Below, piece by piece: positions 32,195 to 41,207 of a DNA stretch of 64,000 nucleotides. The DNA is taken from positions 744,001-808,000 of the forward strand of contig CP128817.1 in the NCBI GenBank assembly GCA_051546255.1, read 5' to 3'. Position 1 is the stretch's first letter, and each line of letters opens with the position of its first letter. This DNA comes from Meyerozyma guilliermondii. Lineage: Eukaryota. The notes beneath the pieces are model-generated. The model saw only the letters and a list, made by a program, of their open reading frames with translations, did not search any database and was not told the origin of the DNA. A program made the position numbers and the translations under genes.

Positions 32195-33481
32195 TTAGCC
32201 ATCATGGATGGTTTCGGTGCCCAGCTCCAAGTCATACAGATACGTGCGACCTGGATCGGGCGTCTTGTAACAAGGAAACGTTCCCTGCTCTTTAGATAAC
32301 TTTAACAAAAGATCGCGAGGTTCTAGGATGGGCTCGCTACTTAACTTGAAGGTTCCCCAATGAACTCCCATCATATACTTTGTGGACAACAAGTTGGAGA
32401 TCTTTAAGCTTTCTGCGGGAGAGATATGTCGCGGTTTCTGGTGCCACAGTGGACAGTATTGCCCGATGGGAAGAAGCCCAAAAAATAGGTTGCCGTACTT
32501 TTTGGCAATAGCACTGAAAAGCTCCTCCAGGTAGCCAGTATCACCAGCATGGTAAAATATGGATTCGCCGTTTCTTCGGATCATGAAAGAGCACCAAAGC
32601 GATTGGTTGGAGTCAAGAACATACCGTCCTGACCAATGCATAGCAGGAAGACAAACAACCTCATACTCGTCCGGCAACGAACCATCGAAAAATTGATTCA
32701 ATGAAACTGCGTCCCACCAATCCATTTCTATGACCCGAAATATCCCCTTTCTAGCGAGCTTCTTCTTGAGACCGAGAGGCACAATCCAAGTACTGGTGTT
32801 GCCTATATCTGACGCAACCTTCATTTCCAAGTGGTCTGGGTGGTCATGGGACACAAGCACAAAATCCAACGAGTCATTTGTAGCATATTTGATGTCACCA
32901 AGGGTCATAGGCGCTTTTGTAAGGCGCTTGGGTCCAAAGTGGGACGAGATAAGATGGTCTCCCAAAATGGGATCAGTCATAATGTTGATTCCAGACATCT
33001 GCAAAAGAGAGCAAGATTGCCCAAGCCATGTGAACGTAAAGTTGTTTCTGAAAGACCAGTCTGCACCAGAGGCATTTGCCAACGAATAGTGTAATAATGC
33101 CGAGTTCTTACGCAAATATTCAAGATCTGGCTTGAATTGCTCCAACATATCTTCCACCTCCACCGTCGTGCCATTTTTGGGCACTTTATTGTGAAGTTCA
33201 ACCGCATTTCCATAGAAACTCTCTACGAGTTCCATGCACCGCACCAATATGAACTCAAATGCCGTCATTGGGCGGTATTCCTCAAAAGGATTAACAAACA
33301 TTCCAGCAACCGTGACCGATTTGAATTTGGAAACGTCATCATTCAAGGTTTTTAGTTGTTGTTTTCGCTTGTAAACGACATATTTCGATCTTGCCTGTAA
33401 GCACACCTCAAACGAGGTATAAGAGAGTAAAATTCCCCATCCTATCTTGGACTTCCAAGAGAGTCCAGATAGAAAAGACAT
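32195..33481 (-). CDS. FMP30: NAPE-phospholipase D-like metallo-beta-lactamase, mitochondrial inner membrane
   Basis: FVNPFEEYR, TWLGQS, SHDHPDHL, HWSGR, HAGDTGY, GVHWGTF motifs. Confidence 0.88.
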   Translation of the reverse strand: MSFLSGLSWKSKIGWGILLSYTSFEVCLQARSKYVVYKRKQQLKTLNDDVSKFKSVTVAGMFVNPFEEYRPMTAFEFILVRCMELVESFYGNAVELHNKVPKNGTTVEVEDMLEQFKPDLEYLRKNSALLHYSLANASGADWSFRNNFTFTWLGQSCSLLQMSGINIMTDPILGDHLISSHFGPKRLTKAPMTLGDIKYATNDSLDFVLVSHDHPDHLEMKVASDIGNTSTWIVPLGLKKKLARKGIFRVIEMDWWDAVSLNQFFDGSLPDEYEVVCLPAMHWSGRYVLDSNQSLWCSFMIRRNGESIFYHAGDTGYLEELFSAIAKKYGNLFFGLLPIGQYCPLWHQKPRHISPAESLKISNLLSTKYMMGVHWGTFKLSSEPILEPRDLLLKLSKEQGTFPCYKTPDPGRTYLYDLELGTETIHDG

Positions 33482-33543
33482 GGCAAAAACTGTAAATAAA
33501 CTGCGATTTGTGATTTCGCGGTGTACAGATGAGAAGAAATTTG

Positions 33544-33581
33544 GAGTGAGACTTGATCTAAAGAGTGAGTTTTGATCTAAA
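33544..33581. repeat. 19-bp imperfect tandem repeat between GCN20 and FMP30
   Basis: GAGTGAGACTTGATCTAAA followed by GAGTGAGTTTTGATCTAAA, then a partial third copy. Confidence 0.8.
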
Positions 33582-33604
33582 GAGAGTCTTGAAATAGTAT
33601 ATAG

Positions 33605-35863
33605 TCAGTGCTTCCTAACCACTCCCGATGCATCAGCCAACTCCAATATGTGTTTCTTATAGGCGTGGATGTCACCTGGGAATTTAGAGACGGTTTCGTT
33701 CTCGGCAACCCAGATCTCATTACACACTCGATCAATGATGTTAACGTCGTGTGATACCATGAGAATTCCTCCTTTGAATTCGTTCAAGGCATCTGCCAAC
33801 GCATCCAAACCTTGAGTATCCAAGTGATTCGAAGGCTCATCCAAAATTAAAATATGAGGTTGTGACAAACACAAGGCTGCAAATGCAACTCTCGATTTCT
33901 GACCTCCAGAAAGAAGTTGCATTTTTTGAAGCCCCAACGAGCCGGTAATACCAAACGACCCCAAATGGCGTCTGTACTCTTCGTCTGTTTTCCCAGGGTA
34001 TGTTTTAGACATCCACGAAACCGCAGAAAGACTAAGATCCATGGCATCAACGTGATGTTGCGCAAAGTAACCTATTCTTAAACGACCATTAGAATTGACG
34101 TAACCCAGCAATGGCGTAAGCTGACCCATTAAGAGTTTAAGAAGTGTGGTCTTACCAGTACCGTTACCACCACAAAATGCAATTCTTGAGTTCATTTGAA
34201 CGTCCAAATTGACGTCTCGTATCAAGATATGAGATGGATCGTAGCCAAAAGTTAAGTCTTGCATCAGCAAAATTGGCGGCGATAAGTTGTCAGGCTCAGG
34301 GAACTTGAATGTCACCACCTTGTCGTCTTCTGGAGGCTCGAGAATAGGAAGTTTTTCCAACTTTTTGATTCTGGATTGAGCTTCCAGCGATTTCGCAGCG
34401 TTATACCTGAATTTGTCGATAAATTCTTGCAAATGCTTTCTGTAAGCCATTTGATTTTCGTATTCTCTCCTTTGATTCTTGATTCTTTCCTCTCTGGTTG
34501 CGTAGAACGAGTCGAAATTCGATCCACGGTAATAGTCCAATCTTTCAGAGTGCTGGTGAATTATATCTGTAGCCACATCGTTGAGGAACGCACGGTCGTG
34601 AGACACTACCAACACGGTAGACTTGTACGATTGCAAGTATCTTGCCAAGTAGGTGATAGAAGGAACATCCAACATATTGGAAGGTTCATCCAAAAGAAGA
34701 AGGTCGGGTTCGCAGAACAAGGCACGAGCCAACGACAATCTCATTCTCCAACCACCCGAGAACGATTTGGTAGGATTCATTTGAGACTCTTTTGTGAACC
34801 CCAACCCGAAAAGTATGGCTGCAGCTTTACTTTCCGCCTTATCTGACTCCATCTCGTACAACTTTTCATTGACATCTTGTAAATGCTTGTCCAAATCTTC
34901 TCTTTCATTGTCCAATTTTTTCACCTCGTTGGAATCTTCGTCGAACTCCAGCCTCAATTTCTCTATCTCTGCTATGCGCTCGTTTATCTTGGCCTCCTCT
35001 TGTATCAAACTTTTTCTCCAAACATCGGCATCCAACACACTTTGTAAAGCTGGGGTATCATCGCCTCTAATTTCCTGTTCCACATGTAACACAGTTATAT
35101 GCTTAGGAATGTTGAGTTCACGTCTGGAAAGCGCCCTCAACAACGTCGACTTACCAATACCGTTCTGACCCACTAAACCGTATCTTCTGCCGTGAGCCAA
35201 CGTGAGAGACGCATTGCTAAGAATTCTCTGACCGTCTCCAACATACAAATCAAACCCGTCAATTTTTATATCTTTGGACTTACCAGCACTAGAGCCGAAA
35301 TCGAGTGGGTTAATCTCCAAAAAGAACGAATCGTAATCATCTTCCTTCTTTTCATTGAGCAATCTGGAAGCCTCATATTGAACAAACTTGTTGTTCCGCT
35401 TAGCCACCTTTTTGGCGATTTTTCTTTCTTGTTTTTCCAATTTCTTCTTGTCCACTCTACTTTCCATCTTTCTTCCTGTGTGCTCAATATCATTGCTAGC
35501 ATTTAAGAGCGCCAATGAGCTGTTAATGTCTCTCTTCGAACTATTCTGTTTCAACAAATTGATGTCCAAGAGCCGCCTAGAAGTATCACCTGTCAACTCC
35601 AACTTGGCCATGTTCTCCTTGAGTTTCTCTGCGATTTGCTGGCTCGTCGATGTCACGAGTTTATCCACCTTATCTTCGAGTCCTCCGGCATTAAGCAAAA
35701 GACCTTTTATGAAATTCATTTCTTCGTCAATATTGACTTGTTGTGCAGCCACGCTGTCTTCAGTGGCATTTGTAACATGCTGGATGTATCCTACGGTATA
35801 ATCCACGACCACGGGATCTACTCCTGGGACTGCTTGTCTAACTTGGAGACCTATGTTTGACAT
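33605..35863 (-). CDS. GCN20: ABCF-family ATPase, Gcn1 partner
   Basis: Two ABC cassettes (GQNGIGKST, FSGGWRMR, LDEPSN; GGNGTGKTT, LSGGQKSR), no TM segments; ATG at 35863. Confidence 0.95.
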   Translation of the reverse strand: MSNIGLQVRQAVPGVDPVVVDYTVGYIQHVTNATEDSVAAQQVNIDEEMNFIKGLLLNAGGLEDKVDKLVTSTSQQIAEKLKENMAKLELTGDTSRRLLDINLLKQNSSKRDINSSLALLNASNDIEHTGRKMESRVDKKKLEKQERKIAKKVAKRNNKFVQYEASRLLNEKKEDDYDSFFLEINPLDFGSSAGKSKDIKIDGFDLYVGDGQRILSNASLTLAHGRRYGLVGQNGIGKSTLLRALSRRELNIPKHITVLHVEQEIRGDDTPALQSVLDADVWRKSLIQEEAKINERIAEIEKLRLEFDEDSNEVKKLDNEREDLDKHLQDVNEKLYEMESDKAESKAAAILFGLGFTKESQMNPTKSFSGGWRMRLSLARALFCEPDLLLLDEPSNMLDVPSITYLARYLQSYKSTVLVVSHDRAFLNDVATDIIHQHSERLDYYRGSNFDSFYATREERIKNQRREYENQMAYRKHLQEFIDKFRYNAAKSLEAQSRIKKLEKLPILEPPEDDKVVTFKFPEPDNLSPPILLMQDLTFGYDPSHILIRDVNLDVQMNSRIAFCGGNGTGKTTLLKLLMGQLTPLLGYVNSNGRLRIGYFAQHHVDAMDLSLSAVSWMSKTYPGKTDEEYRRHLGSFGITGSLGLQKMQLLSGGQKSRVAFAALCLSQPHILILDEPSNHLDTQGLDALADALNEFKGGILMVSHDVNIIDRVCNEIWVAENETVSKFPGDIHAYKKHILELADASGVVRKH

Positions 35864-36109
35864 GGTGAGAATAAATTTTCGATGCGAATAACTGAAAATG
35901 CGATAGTGAGAGCCAGAAGTGACTATTGACAATTGGGGAACAATTGGTGGACTAATTGTCCCATCTAGGGTGAACCAATTGATGTTGAACCGATTGGTGG
36001 ACCAATTGGTTTTAGAGGTAGAAATAAAATAAACTACACTTTGTGTCCTATGTCTTCTCTTCTTTCAGTTTCCTTTCGTTCACTAATATTCACTCTATTC
36101 TCTATACTC

Positions 36110-36526
36110 CTACAATACAGCCTTGATCTTCTCCTCCAACTTGTCAGCAGATTTCAACGCTTGCACGTCACTGTTTCCACCAATGTGCTCGCCACCAATG
36201 AACACATTTGGCACAGTTCTCTGGCCAGTCAATTCGAAAAGAGCATTCTGAAGCTCACCACCATCAGCAAGCTCGTCCAATTCTATAATGTGGGCCTCCT
36301 TGGTAATAGAACCAATGGTTTGCTTTGTTTTGTGGCAGTAAGGACAGTAGGACTGAAATTAGTAATTGAACTGAAAGTAAAATTTTCATAATCTAGAAAT
36401 CTTAATGGTACTTACCTTCGAAGCAATGAACACTGGGTTCTCTTTGATCAAAGTTTGGATCTTCTGGGTAGCGTTTTGAGATGTCATTCTTGTAGTTGTA
36501 AAGTTTCTAGCAAGCAACTTAAACAT
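36110..36526 (-). CDS. Dithiol glutaredoxin (Grx1/Grx2 type); spliced, exons 36526..36416 and 36352..36110
   Basis: Joined product: MFKLLARNFTTTRMTSQ...VFIASK|SYCPYCHK...GQRTVPNVFIGGEHIGGNSD. Intron 36353-36415 is GTAAGT...TACTAAT-TTCAG. Confidence 0.92.
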
Positions 36527-36716
36527 CACCGAGCTTATAAATCTCACGCTGCCACAGTTCGCAGTCGCACATGCAGGCATTTCGGTTGCAACCTCAGCCA
36601 CTGAAGAGACTGGTTAATCGAGAGGCTAAAATCAGTTTATTTTTTGATCTTTGCCTTGCTGTACAGTATTCTAAACTTCATATCGCTTGCAATTGGACTT
36701 AAATACTACCTCATAA

Positions 36717-38405
36717 CTAAAGGGCGGAAACAACAGCGGCTCCCAATGCTGCAACGCCAGCTATTCCGGCCCAGAATCCAAAGAACGTAGAAGGTCCACC
36801 AATTCTGACGTCTCCCTTTCTGCCAAACCACACATTTCCATTATACTTATCCATGGACAACGACACCGCCTTGTCCTTCTTATCATTGAATGGTGGATAT
36901 CTTACAGACAACACACCCTCGTTCCACAACTTTTGTTCCATGATGGTTCTCTCGTGGGTAAAAGCACGGAATGAGTACCATCCATGGTAGTTCAGGTGAC
37001 CCGAGTTACCAACACCTCCAAATGGTGCATTGACAAGCGCAACGTGAAGAAGCACATCATTAACCACAGTGGCACCCGATCTGACTCTTCTCAAAATTTG
37101 GTCAACGCTTTTGTTGGCCGTTCTGGAAGTACTGCTGCTGGTGAAGATGTACTGGGCCAATGGTGTGTCATGGTTGCCAATAATACCTTCTATGGCATCA
37201 CCCAAAGACTTGTAGGAAAGGACAGGCAAGATAGGTCCAAAAAGCTCGTTTTTCATCGAACTATCAGTCCAAGACACATTATCGATTATGGTTGGAGCAA
37301 TGTAGCGCGAAGCATCATCGGTGTCTCCACCAACGACAACTTCACCTTTGGTGGACTTGATGACCTCCTTCAAGTTGTTATAAGCTCTTTGATGGATAAT
37401 ATGGGTGTAGGATGGATCATTCTTATTGACATTGGGGTAAAGTTGCTCCTGTACAACTTTCTTCATTTCAGCGACCAATTTGGCCTTGAGAGATTCATGA
37501 ACCAAAACATAGTCTACAGCCACACATGTTTGACCGGCGTTTGTGAAACGACCCCATACGATTCTTCTTGCGATAGTGTTCAAGTGCTTATCAGTGATAT
37601 CAGGGAGCACAATTGCAGGGGACTTACCACCCAATTCAAGGATGACAGGAGTCAAAGTTTCAGCTGCCTTCTTGGCAACGATGGTTCCCACCATGTTGTT
37701 ACCGGTGTACATGATCTTGTCGTACTTCTGTTCCAACACCTTTGTGGTTTCAGGAATTCCACCATTTACAACGTAAAAGATATCTTTATCCAACGCTTCG
37801 GAGAACAATTTGGAGATCAATGCCGAATAATTAGGCGTCAATTCCGAAGGCTTAAACACCACGGCGTTACCAGCAGCAATGGCACCGGCAATTGGCGCGA
37901 GGGACAAGAAAAATGGATAGTTGAATGGAGTAATGATCAATATCACTCCCAATGGGATACGCTCAACGTAGATTGGGGTTGATTTCATGGAAAGTGGCAC
38001 ATCGGTGACTTTCTCTGGCTTGATCCACTTGTGCAACAGCGACATCGTATGAAGCAATTCGCTCAAACCAGGAGCGATTTCCAAGTTTTTACTTTCAGAA
38101 GCTGCCCGACCAAAGTCCTTCCTCAAGGCATCACAAATTGCGTCTACATTATCCTTGACAGCAAAGTAAAGATTACGCAATTGGTTCAACCGGAATTGAA
38201 CCAGGGCAAGTTTGTTGGTTTCGGAGTGGAACTGTTTGTGTAACCGGGCCACATTGGGCTCAATTTCGTCCAATGGAGTACTGGTAAGTACCGAGTTTGA
38301 AGACGTTGTTGAAAGAGTCTTCTCAACTATATGAAACGAATCAGAGCCCTTGAGCTTTTTGCCTTCTGGAACAGCAACTGCACCGTTTTTAGACTGTTTT
38401 GACAT
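36717..38405 (-). CDS. HFD1: Fatty/aromatic aldehyde dehydrogenase (ALDH3 family) with C-terminal anchor
   Basis: PFNYP, KPSE, LELGGKSP, NAGQTC, ELFGP, PFGGVG; hydrophobic C-terminus. Confidence 0.88.
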   Translation of the reverse strand: MSKQSKNGAVAVPEGKKLKGSDSFHIVEKTLSTTSSNSVLTSTPLDEIEPNVARLHKQFHSETNKLALVQFRLNQLRNLYFAVKDNVDAICDALRKDFGRAASESKNLEIAPGLSELLHTMSLLHKWIKPEKVTDVPLSMKSTPIYVERIPLGVILIITPFNYPFFLSLAPIAGAIAAGNAVVFKPSELTPNYSALISKLFSEALDKDIFYVVNGGIPETTKVLEQKYDKIMYTGNNMVGTIVAKKAAETLTPVILELGGKSPAIVLPDITDKHLNTIARRIVWGRFTNAGQTCVAVDYVLVHESLKAKLVAEMKKVVQEQLYPNVNKNDPSYTHIIHQRAYNNLKEVIKSTKGEVVVGGDTDDASRYIAPTIIDNVSWTDSSMKNELFGPILPVLSYKSLGDAIEGIIGNHDTPLAQYIFTSSSTSRTANKSVDQILRRVRSGATVVNDVLLHVALVNAPFGGVGNSGHLNYHGWYSFRAFTHERTIMEQKLWNEGVLSVRYPPFNDKKDKAVSLSMDKYNGNVWFGRKGDVRIGGPSTFFGFWAGIAGVAALGAAVVSAL

Positions 38406-38847
38406 AATTGGTGGCGGTTATTTTTGGGGCTGCATCAAACGCTCATTTTATACTATTTCGCACATGCGCGCCTGTGAAATAATAATCCATGGCAAACGAA
38501 CTCCCCGCACATGCCGATGGCCTCGGATAGTCCAACGGGCGCGGGTGCTGGCGCACGACAGCAGGGTCTCAACTGCACCTAGCATAGCGCGAAGAGGCAA
38601 TTTTGGTAATGAAAAAATTAGTATGGCGCACGACCTGGGTAACGACAAGCTTTGAACTAATGTCGCAAATTGGGTGCAACTTTTATTCTAAATGCTCTTA
38701 GATAGTATCGTAAAGTTTATAATGAAAATGGACGTGAATCGGGTACAATGCTGCCGCTAATTGAGGTATTTCGTACAAAAATTGATTGCAAAAGCAGACT
38801 GAACGTTCGCTAAGTCAAAGAATTGAGGAGTTGATGAAAGGCATGGT

Positions 38848-39711
38848 TCAGTCTTGGTACGTAGATGGGTCCCAAATGGCAAACACTTCATTCGATTCCG
38901 GATGGGAAAGAGTCTTCATATCCTCGTCCAGAATGCTAAAGTCAAAAACGTCAAGGTTCTCGATTGCACGTTCCTTCTTCTCGCTCTTAGGCAAGACAAC
39001 GAATCCTTGTTGTAGTGACCACCGGATCAAAATCTGAGCCGGGCTCTTGTTGTATTTTTCAGCTAGTTCAACCAAGGTCGCATCATGAAGCTTTTTTCCT
39101 TGCGTGAGTGGACTGTAGGCCTCCAAAATAATGTTGTTCTCTTTAGCATAGTCGACAATCTTGGTACGCATCAACCATGGATTCAACTCAATCTGATTTA
39201 CGACTGGCTTTATTCTCAACCCATCCCATTCCAATAATTCCTTCAAATGATGCACTCCATAGTTGGAAACACCAATCAGTTTGATTTGACCATTCTCGAC
39301 TGCCTCTTGCATTGCCTGCCAAGTTTCCAATCTTTTTTCCCTATTAGATTGGGGCGAGTGGATCAACATCAAATCAATATACTTCAAAGATTTGACTCTT
39401 TCCAAACTTCCTTCAATGGCTTTTTTGGCTTTTTCATAACCATGGTTCGAGTCCAAAATCTTTGTAGTATAGTAAACGTCTTCTCTCCTGCGATCTGAAC
39501 TCTCTTTAAGCCATTTGACAATTCCTTCGCCAACCTCCTGCTCATTTTCATACATTTGCGCAGAGTCCAAGTGCCTATATCCAACACTCAAAGCATTGTA
39601 GGCAACCTGTGATGCTACATTTGGTGGAGTCAAGTAAACTCCCATTGCAATCACTGGGATCTTTGCACCATTGTTTAAGGAGTAAGTGGAGTATTTTGTA
39701 AGCGAGTTCAT
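38848..39711 (-). CDS. Aldo-keto reductase
   Basis: GYRHLDSAQMYENE, YYTTK, DLMLIH, K(S)IGVSNY, NQIE, AYSPL, VLPKS; ATG at 39711. Confidence 0.92.
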   Translation of the reverse strand: MNSLTKYSTYSLNNGAKIPVIAMGVYLTPPNVASQVAYNALSVGYRHLDSAQMYENEQEVGEGIVKWLKESSDRRREDVYYTTKILDSNHGYEKAKKAIEGSLERVKSLKYIDLMLIHSPQSNREKRLETWQAMQEAVENGQIKLIGVSNYGVHHLKELLEWDGLRIKPVVNQIELNPWLMRTKIVDYAKENNIILEAYSPLTQGKKLHDATLVELAEKYNKSPAQILIRWSLQQGFVVLPKSEKKERAIENLDVFDFSILDEDMKTLSHPESNEVFAIWDPSTYQD

Positions 39712-39999
39712 CTTTATTTGCTTCTCCTCCAAGAATTGGGGCCTTAAATATTCATATCGTGCACTTAAGTCCTAGAGTCAGTGAATATGTTTGAGAGCAA
39801 TTTCTCAAATTGAAGGCACTTGGAAGTCTTGGCGACATTTTGCTCTCAACATTACACTGCGATGTATTGCACGTCACAATTTTGAGCGATGGTCTATTGC
39901 ATGGTGAGTTTTTGTTCTCAAAGTGCAAGTGAATTGAAAGCAAAAAATGGATTATTTGAGGAGTGAGGAGTCACTCGTTCGAATGTAGCACATTCAACG

Positions 40000-40497
40000 A
40001 TGTCCACAGAATTGAACAAAAGAGTCGTGACTGAGTACTTCAACGAATATTGGGGAAAGGGCAATGTAGACATTGTCGACAAATTATGTGCTGAAGATTA
40101 TCTCATTCACTATCCAATGCACGGACCAAGAGTTGGGAGAAACGCTTCGAAGAAAATGTTGTCTGAGTTTAGAGAAGCATTTCCCGACCTTTCATTTGGA
40201 AGCTATGGTGTACCTTTGATTGCCGAAGGTGATTATGTTGTTGGACGTTGGATTGGTGGAGGTACACATTCTGGTGTCGCTTTTCACGATCTTGCTGTTG
40301 GTGAGTTAGACAAACCTAACACGAGAAAGAAGATATACTTTTCAGGTACTTCCATCTTCAAGCTCAAGGATGGTAAAATAGTATCCGAGATTGGTGAAGA
40401 GGGTGCTTTGACGGCTTTGCAACAGTTGGGAATTGTTCCAGGACCCAATCCAGGAAAGGACATCAAGTATGATGAGGGATATCCAACAAATGAATAA
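40000..40497 (+). CDS. SnoaL-like / ester-cyclase NTF2-fold protein
   Basis: NKRVV..YF...W.KGN.D.VD.L, FREAFPDL, IAEGDYVVGRW..GGTH.G, FKLKDGKI. Confidence 0.85.
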   Translation: MSTELNKRVVTEYFNEYWGKGNVDIVDKLCAEDYLIHYPMHGPRVGRNASKKMLSEFREAFPDLSFGSYGVPLIAEGDYVVGRWIGGGTHSGVAFHDLAVGELDKPNTRKKIYFSGTSIFKLKDGKIVSEIGEEGALTALQQLGIVPGPNPGKDIKYDEGYPTNE

Positions 40498-41207
40498 CTG
40501 TAAAACTGAATAAACTGTTTGTAAGACCGAGAATTGAATAAACTTTTATAGCACCAAGAAATGAATAACCTTTTATGAATGTAACACCAAAATGAATCAG
40601 AAACTAACTTGAATCAGTGCAATGAAGATTCCCTTGGACAGTTATGCTCTGGTATCAACGCAAGTGCATTTATTCTTCAAACTGGCGTCCAACGCGTGTG
40701 GGGTGTGATCACTGACCTATCTGAGAACCTCAGTATCGTGCTTTGTGACTGGTATGTTTTATCAGCTGGGAACTTTCAAGCGCTAGCTCAAGTATTGAAA
40801 CACCTATAGGTGAAAGATTTCCACTTCATATCGAAATGGCGTGTTCAATCAAAGGTTATTGTTGGTTTGACAGAATTTGCAACCCACTGCACCTCCGCGC
40901 CAATTTATACTTCAAAATTCGCATTGGGCAATTGCACCCGTCAAAACGCGCACCCGTGCACCATTCTGCCCCAGATGACATCTGACGTCAGCTGGGTGCG
41001 ATGTTATCGCCGGTTCCACTTTAATCTATTTCCATTTTATTTCGTTTCGACGCTTGTACTAAAAGTTTTTCGTTAGCCTAGCGCTATATTAGGTGCCATC
41101 TGTATGGCTGGCTTGCTATAGGTATCCATTTTGTTACAAAACCAACAAATTTGACCAACTTAAAACCGTCCATTAGTCATCACCATTTCCCAAAACTGCC
41201 ACTTTCA

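Noticed and set aside
36984..37982. 332-aa antisense ORF opposite HFD1
   Set aside because: Same codon-bias shadow, with a non-ATG start and no domain.
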